From Octopus bimaculoides (taxonomy: Eukaryota), in assembly GCF_001194135.2 (NCBI RefSeq), contig NC_069001.1:37788616-37850299 (forward strand): DNA of 61,684 nucleotides. Direction: 5' to 3'. The position numbers were made by a program, and so were the translations under genes. This document shows positions 24,475-36,586 of the stretch, one piece after another (within the stretch, counting starts at the first letter, position 1; each line of letters begins with the position of its first letter). The notes under the pieces were generated by a model. The model did no database searches. It saw only the letters and a list, made by a program, of their open reading frames with translations, and was not told where the DNA came from.

Positions 24475-26040
24475 CCAAATAAATATTTCTTCTGCTAGAT
24501 TTCCATCAACTGTGATCTTTGTTGATATTTGAAGATGTTGCAAAGTCTTTTGTTATCCAATTTTAATTACAATATAAATTCATCTTCCATTCATTTCAGA
24601 GTGAAACAGGGGAATTTCGCTGTTAATCTCAGTTCACAGCAAATATTTCACAGTAATTCTACAACAGACTTAAACAAACAGGATTAAGTCTGTTCTACAT
24701 AATTTATTTTCGGTCTCCAAGCAACGAATTCAAGTAAGTAATTCTTTTATGCCAATGCCACTTGATGTTCTGAAATAGAAGAGAATGAAACAGAATATAG
24801 AGGATACATAAAATGAAGACATTCAACAGTGGACATGTTACTACATTTCTTCTATATTGATAAACGGTAGATGGAAACGTTTACCTGAAGAAGGGAACTC
24901 GTCTAATATAGCCATTACTTTTTAAGACATAAATACATACACACACACACACGTACCCTTTTTCTGAAGATACGATCCAGTAGGGCGAGGAGTTTTGTTC
25001 TTTTAAAGAAAATTAGACGCGTTTCAGAAGGGAATGACAAAGCATAACGAAAAAAAACAAAACTAAAACAAATCATATTATTGGCGGTTGTCTGTTAATA
25101 GACATGGTGGGAGGAGGGGGAACTGACGTTTGAAATACAGAATATAACAAAACAAAACAAAAAACACCGAAAGATGAGAAAAATCTCGACGAAAACAGAG
25201 CCAGCAAATCGGAAAGTCCGTCCAAAACCTGCGGAGTGAGACATGAGGGAGATTTAGGATTAAAAGACGGTGAAGGTTGGATCGCTTTCAAAAACAAACT
25301 GGGTGGGCATGATTGGGACGTTTTAAAATGACATGATGGTCGTGTTCGGAAAGCTTCGAAAGACAGAAGGGGCGACACACCTTTACAAAAACGTGTTTGC
25401 GAACGTCCGCTAGCAGACATGTGCACAAGCTTCATCAAACATAAATCAGAAAAATTATTTTCCAAGACTACACTTTTGCGTAATTATTCTGTGTAATTCT
25501 TGGAGTATTCTTAGATTTTACATAGAAATCAGAAAGTAAAACAGTGAAAATATTAAGACAACACTATGAAACGTCAGTTAAAGCAAGTTTTTTAACTCAC
25601 TTCTATTACATATGATAAGAGCAACTTTAGTAAAATACCTTCTCTTCTTCATTTCTTTTATCTTTGAACACATCAAAACAAATAGATGTAGCAGAAAAAA
25701 GGAGACATTATAAATGTTGATACTATTAATGATACTTACAAATTAATTAGAGAAGCAAAGGCGAAGATGTCACAACTCAAGACTGGAACAAGGACAGCTT
25801 CAACACTTTCTACATTTGACAACAAACTCTCATTTAGATTTTGACATAAAGAATGTTGTAGCTATTTCTTTCCACAGTTAATTAGCAATCATCTCTAATT
25901 AACTGGATTACCTAAATATCAATACTAAACTACATCTGACCCCGAAATAACAACAAAATTTCGATCAAGTCTCTCCAAGTTGTTGGTGAAATTTAAATTA
26001 GAGTCACTCATACTACTTCCGGTTGTAGTCTTCCGGTTAT
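24475..26040 (-). other. 5' part of a minus-strand ZNF unit truncated by the gap
   Basis: Exon-1 homology at about 25740-25900 with a donor at 25739. Acceptor and exon-2 start at about 24780 down to 24475 (reverse reads ..LQHLQISTKITVDGNLAEEIF, the paralogous leader). No fingers are visible before the gap. Confidence 0.7.
26015..26036 (-). promoter_or_regulatory. Tandem ETS-type motifs (CCGGAAGT, CCGGAAG) between the minus-strand ZNF unit and the Tigger element
   Basis: ACTTCCGG at 26015-26022 and CTTCCGG at 26030-26036. The same motif occurs in ZNF promoter regions at 23686, 52107, 58185 and 58415. Confidence 0.55.
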
Positions 26041-26080
26041 CATAAGTATGGAAATCCATACGTATCCACGCTAATTAATA

Positions 26081-28625
26081 CTTGCAACCTCGTTCATCAC
26101 TGACTCATTCAACACTGATCCTGGATAACACGGCACGCTCAATTGTAAACCGTGTTATGTTTATCAAGGATCGATTTGTGAAAACACAGGTCAGGGATCT
26201 GTCGAAGATTCTGCTGGCATCGCAAAAAAACAAAAAACAACGACACCCTTCCCCTCCAGCAACCATCCCTCTAATGTTCAGCTACCCAGAATGCACTGAT
26301 TATCACTTGTGTTTACACGACCGTGTTGTGAGGCTGCGTATTTTTTAATACGGATCTATATACTTGAACCTATGAAGATGGGACCAACGAAGAGAAATAA
26401 TACGAAAGCACCCGATCTGAACAAACGACGTAGACGTGTGTATTCCTTACAGGAAAAAGTAGAGATGATCAAGAAAATATACGACGGTGCAAGCTTCGCT
26501 GGTGTGGGCCGCGAGTTTGGTGTTAATGAATCTACCATTCGTTCCATTTACAAAGTGCGTGGAGATATAATGAACGCATTCACGGATGCTGCCCCTAGAT
26601 CAGTGAATCGAATAGTCAGAGTACATAAAGATGCTTTTATTCAGCCCATGGAAAAGGGGGTTTATTTGTGGATGCAGGATTGTTACAGTAAGCGGCTTCC
26701 TGTATCAACAAAACGTATCCAGGATCGTGCCAAGCAAATATATAAGAGCTTGGTTGAGCTTAGTGATGTTGTTGATAAGGACAAATATACTTTTCAAGGT
26801 AGCCGTGGTTGGGTACAGAAATTCATTAAACGATATAATTTAGCCAGCAAACTTGTGCCAGGTGATGCAACATCAGATGATACAGAGACTACTCGGCGTT
26901 ATCTGGAAGAATTTTATAAAATGATGAATGAGGGTGGATATTTACCGTGTCAAGTTTTTAATGCAGTTGAAACAGCCCTTTATTGGAAAAAGATGCCCGA
27001 AAAAAGTTACGTAGCCAAAGAGGAGGCCAGGACGACAGGGTTTAAAGATGCTAAAGACCGTGTGTCTCTGTTGTTCTGTTGTAACGGCTCTGGTGATTTC
27101 AAAGCTAAACCACTGCTTATCCATCATTCTGCCCGGCCTAGTCCTTTCCAGAACATTAGCATGTTAACTCTCCCTGTGCACTGGCGTGCTAATAAAAATG
27201 GGTGGATGACTAAAGTGATTTTTGAAGAATGGTTTATGACCCACTTCCGCGCTGAAGTGAAAGAATACTGTGCCAGAAAGAATATTTCTTTTAAAGCAAT
27301 TCTTGTGTTAGACAATTGTCCTGGCTATTCTACAAACTTAAATGACCTTCAAAATGAAATCAAAGTGATTTATCTACCGCCTAACACCCGGACATTGCTG
27401 CAACCTATGAACCAAGAAGTGATGGCCACATTTAAGCTTCTCTATCTTGACCTTACCTTTGAGAATATACACAAGGCACTGGTGGACGATGAGGAACTAA
27501 CTGTTCGGCAATATTTGAAACGATTCAACATTCTACACGGTGTCCGCTTCATTGGCAAGGCTTGGCAAGCTGTAAATCAAGGATGTCTTTTGAATGGATG
27601 GCGCAACTTATTGCCTGACACAACTCCAGACTTCGTTGGGTTTGAAGAGGATAACATGACTCGAGTTCTGAACATGGCAAAAGCATTACCTGGGGATGGT
27701 TTTCAAGAACTCGATGAAACCGACATTTGGGATATGATGGAAGCTCCCGAACGAGAATTAAATGATACAGAGGTGTTGGAATTAGTCGACGAAAGACAAA
27801 ACGACATAGGTACAGAGGACGATGACTGTGTAGAGTCTAGTCCAACATTAACCATGTCAAACCTAAAAAAAATAATGTCCTACTATGAGCAGTTGACTCA
27901 ACTCATACAGGAAGCAGATCCAAGTTTTGAGAGAAAAGAATCTGTAACTGCCATTCTAGATCGTGGCATTGCACCCTACAAGGAAATTTATAGGGAACGA
28001 CAGGCATTAAATAAGCAGTCGATGATAACTCCTCTCTTTGGCAGTTTTTCTGATTCTCCAGCACCGCAAAAAGAGGAACCAGTAGCCAGCCGTTATGGGG
28101 CTCNNNNNNNNNNTCTCCAGCACCGCAAAAAGAGGAACCAGTAGCCAGCCGTTATGGGGCTCTCACCATTAGGTCTTCTACACCTCGTATCCAAGTCAAT
28201 AACATTGACTCTGACTCTAAACCAGACTTCTCGGGCATTCTCTCTCTACCACAATCAGCTCCAACAAATAACAATGACAACACAGAAGATGTAGATAAGA
28301 TGTAGATGTAGCTCCGATCCTCCTACATTACACTAACTCAGTGGAATCCGTAAGTGTTATATTTTTCACGGTTACATTTTCCTTTTGTGATTAAACTTTA
28401 CTGTTTTATTCCAACCATGAAACAAAATTATTGTCTATGTTTAAAGACTGTTTGGAGGTGTTATTTGAGTAAGTTCTGTATACAGTTTGGAGTCTCGGAA
28501 CGAANNNNNNNNNNAGGTGTTATTTGAGTAAGTTCTGTATACAGTTTGGAGTCTCGGAACGAAAAACTATTTTCCCGATGTATTCTATTATTCATTTGTC
28601 ACCGATTCATTCAACACGTTTATCA
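26081..28625 (+). mobile_element. Tigger/pogo-family element, near full length
   Basis: Contains the transposase ORF. Candidate degenerate left TIR TA|CTTGCAACCTCG at 26079-26092; TCATTCAACAC occurs near both ends; the right end falls in the gap 28626-28700. Confidence 0.65.
26372..28305 (+). CDS. Tigger-derived (TIGD1/CENP-B-like) protein of ~624 aa with substituted catalytic residues
   Basis: N-terminal psq-type HTH (RRVYSLQEK..VGREFGVNESTIR), CENP-B/Tc5 HTH (FQGSRGWVQKFIKR) and DDE_1 domain. Collapsing the 48-bp duplicate across the 10-N gap (28104-28113) extends the frame to TAG at 28303-28305. Confidence 0.88.
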
Positions 28626-30533
28626 NNNNNNNNNNNNNNNNNNNNNNNNNNNNNNNNNNNNNNNNNNNNNNNNNNNNNNNNNNNNNNNNNNNNNNNNNNN
28701 GTCTTCCTTCCAAGAAAAGAATGATGGAAATAATTGTAGAAGTATAAACACCAATGTCAGGGAAAAAGCATTTTTTTTTTTTGAGGCAGCCAAAATAAAA
28801 GATTACTCTGTTTGGCGACGAGGACGGTTGTAACAATGAGGAAGAATTACTAAATCTACGTCTTTTAGAAGATAAAATATATGAAAGAGACCCGGATATA
28901 TTTAAAGACTTAGGTTGAATCTAGAGAGAGTTAGTCATTCTGAGAGTTTCTGATTATAATTCTGTTGATTCCCTCTTATTGTTTTATAAACACCTTTATT
29001 ACACGGTCAGATCTTGTTTACAATTCACAATAAGGTGATAAATTAAGAGATGATTGTTGCTAATTAACTGTGGTAAGAAATAGCAACGAACATTCTGGAT
29101 TATGTTAATGTGAAAGTACAAGTTTGCAGTCCTGTAAATTTTTGAACTATTGGCAACTTTTTCCTTCCTAAAACTTTTTCAAAGCCTCTGATTCCACCTA
29201 ATATCAGGGCGGAGTGATTTAGTTCCGGGTACTATTTTGACGCAAGGAACTATATTACTATAAGCAACTATTTAATGATGACACCGCTTCATCTTCATTA
29301 ATGACACAAATCTTCGGATCGGGGTTCCATCCAAACTCTGTTTATTATTGTTGTCGTGATTGCGGGGCAACGTGCAGTTTACTGTAATATTTCTCGTTTT
29401 AAATCATTTTAAACTTAATTCTTTAATAAGAGACAAACCTTTAAAGAAAATCTGTACAGATACATCTCTCACCCCTTATTTCTCTATTTCTGATTGTCCA
29501 CAATACCCCAGTCGTGTTACCGTCCCTTGGGGAAGATATTGATATAAAGGAAGGTTTGTTGTAAAATATAGAAGCTGTCATTGTCCNNNNNNNNNNATTG
29601 ATATAAAGGAAGGTTTGTTGTAAAATATAGAAGCTGTCATTGTCCATTCCGAGTTGTGACTACTTGAATCTATCGTGACATCTTCTTCATCGGCTCTGTA
29701 TTAATATGTAAGTATTATTAACAGAAACAACATCCTCTACANNNNNNNNNNNNNNNNNNNNNNNNNNNNNNNNNNNNNNNNNNNNNNNNNNNNNNNNNNN
29801 NNCTACTTCATCTGTTTGTTTTAATGTGTTCAAAGATAAAGGAAGGAAAATGAAGAAGAGAAGAACTTTTCCTAAAGTAACGATGCTGTCTTAATCCCCA
29901 TTCGGGTTGGCCGTCACATATCTAGTACGGTGAACTGAAAAACTTGCTTTAGCTGACATCACCTATTGTTGTGTGAATACTTTGTTTTCCTTTCCACTCA
30001 CCATTTCAATTATCGTTATTCCCCAATATCTTAATGTTAACTCAAAGAGAAAGTATTTCTTCAGGTGAATATACTGTTTAGTCACCATTTACCAACATCG
30101 GGCCTACTTTCTTCTGTACAGGGTATTGTAGATCCATGACTTACGTTAAAACGTTGACATTTCCTGTTTTTCGTTTATTTCCACGGCAATATTTTCTATA
30201 ATTTATACTGTTTCTCTTGTTTCAGAATATCATACGACATGGCGACGAAAATGCCTACCACCACCACTCAAGCATCTACATCATCTTTTAACGACAAATT
30301 GAAATTGTGATGAAGAGCAGATAAATGCCTCTTTTTATTACTGGAGTAATTAATTACTAATAACAGAGATTATCTGTCAGATTTTCCTACTTTTACCGTA
30401 CAAGATGATTTATATATTTTGATTAAACTTGGATTAGACAGGAGTTTGTGGTAACTTCAAATCTCAACAAGGGTCACAGTTGAGGGAAATATAGCAGAAG
30501 AAATATTTGTTAAGAATATAAAACCCAAACTAA

Positions 30534-31773
<1,240 letters not shown>

Positions 31774-32100
31774 AATTTGTGGTCAATTATTCTTTGACAA
31801 TGGTGACTTAACTACTGACAAATGTTTTAACTCTGGAGAGAAGCCCTACCTCTGTGACATATGTGGTAAATTGTTCTCTCAAAATACTCACTTATGTAGC
31901 TATGTATATATTTATGCAGCACAATGACTTCATGAGTGGCTTAATGTGGCTTGCAGTGAATAAATTTCAATACATGGAATACTTGATTTTTGATGAGCAA
32001 ATTAATGTTTGTGGTAAATCCTTCTCTCAGAAAGGTAACCTCATGACTCACAAACACACTCATACAGCAGATAAACCATACCTGTGATACCTGTGGTAAG
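31774..32100 (+). pseudogene. Degenerate finger remnants 3' of the ZNF-5 stop
   Basis: cactaaaatttgtggt corresponds to a damaged cactgtgaaatttgtggt. Further broken tgtgacatatgtggtaaa and tgtggtaaatccttctctcagaaagg motifs follow. Confidence 0.75.
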
Positions 32101-33759
32101 TTTTTCATTAGGTTCATAAATTTCTGAGTATTGGTACTTTCAGATGCTCAGAAAATTACTCTAATAACCAACAACAAAAAAAAAAGACTAATTTGTTCAA
32201 TGAAATTGTTTAAAACCAATTGCTGCCTTCTATTTTCTACAAACATAAAAAAATCATCGAATGGAAATATCCTATGTGACAAGTGTATTCAACCATGAAA
32301 GAAACTCTAACATTGTAGGTGTATTGGTGTACTTTTGTATACTGATTATGGAAATGAAAATCATTTTTGCCATAAATTAATAAATGAAAAGTTAATAGCT
32401 TTTAAAGTTTGCAAATTTTAGGTAATTTTAACCAATTGAAAACTACATTCATTGGCGTATTTATTACATTGGGGCGTTGGTGTGGCAACACTGTGAAGGG
32501 GCACCCCACAGTGGTGCCACATCAAATGCTATGACATTAGTCTCATTACCTTTTTTACAGACCTTGTATGTGGTGCAGGAGATATGAAAATTTTAATTTA
32601 TTTCACAAACTCCACATTTGAATTTTTGCTACAAAATATGTATTGTCTTCCTGAACTGAACTACAGTTTGTGTTTTTGTAATTTAATGTTCAGTTTCTAT
32701 TTTTGGTAAATTTTCATTAAAAAAAAAACAATAAAAAATTCATAACAGTTCCAACTTTACCCATGACTTTATTCATTAAAACTTCCATCATTGAATGTTT
32801 TGTCATCTTGCATAAAATGCTAGCTTCTAAATCCTGTTTTCTGATTGACTTAAAATAATCAAACTTTAAACATCTGAATAAGAATATTGGATTCAGCATG
32901 AAGAATTACATCCATATACCAAATTTTTAAAGTTTCATGTAATTTTAAATTTTCGAAAAGTGTAAGCCAAACAGAAAACATCTGAGATACATTCTAAAGG
33001 TAAGTGGTCATCTGTCAGGATATAAAAAGGACAGAGTAGCAAAGAGATATGAATTGAGACGGAGAGAGAGTCGTACAAGTTCTACTGATGTATCATTGAG
33101 AAAAAGAAAGAAAAATTGGAGTGCAAAAGAGGCTAAATCGAAGAGAGAAAGTAATGTGTATGAAATTGTGAATAAAGTAATATAAAGTGCATTACGTAAT
33201 CATTGTATTCCAATTTCTTTCACTTTGCAATGTGTAGCAGAGGAGCGAGTATCTTTTCATACAGACACGATGCAGGCTACACTTTCAGATTTAAAACTGA
33301 AGATCTTCTTCATTGCATTCCTTGCTTGTTTTTAGGTAATAATAATAACAGAATTATAACGCACCAGTGTTAGAATGGTAGTAATTATTTCATTGGCGTA
33401 AAGTAGGAACCTCCCTCAAATTGGTCAGTGTTAATATTATTTGTAATAAAAATGTAAAACCAGAAATATTAGACAAGTGATTTCATCACTTTACTGCAAC
33501 TCAATTCTATCCATTCAGGAAAAACAGATGCTGCTGTTCTAGCTTTGGGAGGGATGCTATCATGACAAGGAAGTTCCAGTGGCTTTCTATTTATGGTTCC
33601 TTTCAAAGATAGACAAACGTCGAGAAAGAAATCTGTGCAGTCATAGAATGTTGAAGCAAATAGTGCCACCTAATACACACTTCTCATTACTGCAACATCG
33701 TTACTGATCAACGCACAGTAGCAATTATCTTCAATAAAAATGGTATGTGGAAATTGAAA

Positions 33760-34800
33760 ACTGAAAAACTTATATTCTGGCGTTTGAACCTCTCAGACCC
33801 AAGTTATACAGTTTCTTACAGACCTGCAACTCAAATCAAAGCAGCAGATGCGCTATTGGGATGTGCAACCCCAAGAGATTCCACAACACTTGTAACCCTT
33901 CACAAACAACTGTAGCACCAAAAAGGGAGTCGCCTACTTGACTGCTGTAAAGTATGAACCTGCCAGTCTCCTTCAACGAAATCTGCAAAATGACACTTTT
34001 AAATGCAATGCATGCAAACATCACTTCCACACAACCCTCATGGGTCCGTTAATACAGGCATCAAGTCAATGGGAGTGCCTTTCAATCGACTTTATTGGTC
34101 CTGTGAAATCAACTACACAATACCGCTACTTACTGATAATAGTCGATGAGTACTGAAATCACCCATTCGCATACCCATGCAAAGACATGAGTACCGAAAC
34201 AGTAATTTCCTATCTGCTCACCCTCTTTTCATTGTTGGGATCACCAGGTTTTATCCACTCTAACAGAATTTGATAATAAGAAGCTCCAGGGCTTCCTTCA
34301 CACTAAGGGGACAAAAAAAGCTGGAACATCTCCCTTTTTGACCTGAAGGCAATGGCCAATGTGAAAGGACCAATGGTACCCTCAAGAAGACCTTAAATCT
34401 AGCACTTACTTCACTACAACTAGATAATAGACAATGGTTGACAGTCCTTCCCATGGAACTATGAGCCATGTGAGGGGTTCTCAGTCGAGCTATCAACACA
34501 AACCCTTATGAGTTAATGTTTACATTTTCAAGATCATATAGCTAGTGTTGACACAGAATCTCGACCCAGCAGGACAATCTTTCAATCAAGGGAACAAAGA
34601 TAACACACAGACACAACCAGGGTTAACTACACAAATAGATTTCGATACAGAACAACAAAATCCACAAACAATAAATCAACAAGAAACACATCCCGACAGT
34701 ACACTAACAGAAGCAATGTATTAACAACGCAACGGAGCTCACAGTCCGGCGCCTGAAAATACAGGCAGATTAGCAACTGGCGAAGAGTAACTGAACGACA
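33760..34800 (+). mobile_element. Decayed Ty3/gypsy integrase fragment
   Basis: CNACKHH..WECLSIDFIGPV..YRYLLIIVDEY*..PFAYPCKDMSTETVI and QCERTNGTLKKTL are rve-domain motifs, with stops and frameshifts. Confidence 0.85.
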
Positions 34801-36239
34801 ATAATAATAATAGAGGTAACAAAACTTGTAAACAATACATGAACGAGGAAAATACGCGTTACAAAACGCCTCTAGGACGGGAAAACTAAGATCAGGACGA
34901 ATAATTAAGACCCCTTTTTATGTAAAGGACTATACGTTTCGAATGTACAGTAACTAACTTTTCACTCAGCAGAGATAACTGTTATGACTTATAAATATCC
35001 TGTCATTTATTCCTTTCAACAATAGTAAATAATAGATAAAAATATCGATATCTTCTTTTGTATTGAGTACGAAAATGTGGCATAGAGTCGAATGATGTTC
35101 ATATATGGATGCTGTCTATTTAATCTAAAACGACGCGTCTTAATCTTTGGGCGTCAATGATGAACGGTGAGAAATCGACTTTGATTCTCCATCCCACCAA
35201 CGTCTGATACATCATCAGTACTTGTGCATGTGAACTTAAACGTGTGTGTACATACGCAGAGACAGAGAACGAACTCCGGTAAGATTTACTTCGTTAAACA
35301 TTGGTTAAGAGAGTGACCGTCACTGTGTTAGGGATATATAGTGTGAGGGCGGGAGTTGAAGACTACAGACACACGGAAGATGTTGGACAATTGACATTTT
35401 ACTTGTATGCTTTGTCTAAATTTGAGCGAGTGCTGTTTACAGCCATGTCTGTTTGAAATTTTTTAGTAGGCTTTTGTTTTATGTATTAAATTTGGCTCTA
35501 CTTAAATGTAGAGGTCTCCATGCATCTACGTAACGTATGATTTTATAGCGTACACTCCTTAGGGTTAGTTTTAGGATTATGGTTAGTCAGGGTTAGTTTA
35601 CCGTTAAAGGATCTCTGCATTTCAGTAATACCTTAAATTTTACATTGTGTACCATGGTTATTTGCTGGAAATCGTATCACTGTTTACCAGATGATTCATC
35701 ACCATCAACATTATCATTTGTCGTCCGTTTTCAATAATAGCATGGGTGATACTTTACTTATTTGGTTTGGCTGAATTTGAGCGCGTACTTTTTACTGCCA
35801 CATTTGTTTGAGATTTTTTATGAGACTTTTTTTTATGCATTAAATTTTACGGTGTGTACCATGGTTATTTGCTGGAAATCGTATCACTGTTTACCAGTAG
35901 AAAGTTATGATTCAACACTATCATCATCATCATTTAACGTGTGTTTTCGACACTGGCACGAGTTGGACGGTTCGACAGAGCTGGCCAACCAGATAGCTGC
36001 TCCAGGCTGAAATTGTCCTTCTCGGTATGGTTTACTATGCTTGAATACCCTTCCCTATCGTCGAGCACTTTATAGAGTGTGCTGGGTGCATTTTACATGG
36101 CATCGACACATGCTTGTATGGATGGATGGCCACGATTTCATTCAGCGATGTGACTGTGACATACTGTGTTTTAGTTGTCTTGGTGTCAGAGAGACGTGCA
36201 TAGCTCAATTAACTGCTTCATTAGTATATTTCTTTTGAA

Positions 36240-36586
36240 ATACCCTTCTTTTATTTCAGGTAATTTTGAAAATATGCAAAGACTTAGTGAAACAATTGTG
36301 ACAATATTAGTCTGGGGTTTGGAACATAAATTAACATGAAATTTTGGTGGAAAGTTTCAATTTAGANNNNNNNNNNNNNNNNNNNNNNNNNNNNNNNNNN
36401 NNNNNNNNNNNNNNNNNNNNNNNNNNNNNNNNNNNNNNNNNNNNNNNNNNNNNNNNNNNNNNNNNNTTTGGAACATAAATTAACATGAAATTTTGGTGGA
36501 AAGTTTCAATTTAGATCATTTTAAAGCAGTAAATTTATATCATAGAACCAGGGGCAGTTTTGGGCAGATTTGTGTGAAAAGGGTTA
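36240..36586. repeat. Non-autonomous DNA element end with a piggyBac-like terminus
   Basis: Ends ..gtgtgaaaaGGG|TTAA; interrupted by an N-gap with duplicated flanks. The other end was not identified. Confidence 0.35.

Noticed and set aside
27410-27412. A-to-I editing of AAC (Asn) to GAC (Asp) could restore the third catalytic residue of the Tigger protein
   Set aside because: Chemically possible, but the first Asp is GTT (Val), which A-to-I editing cannot repair, so the triad would stay incomplete.
28056-28161. 48-bp tandem duplicate across a 10-N gap giving the C-terminus LQHRKKRNQ (similar duplicates at 28505, 29587 and 36368)
   Set aside because: Overlapping contig ends, so an assembly artefact; collapsing it restores one continuous frame.
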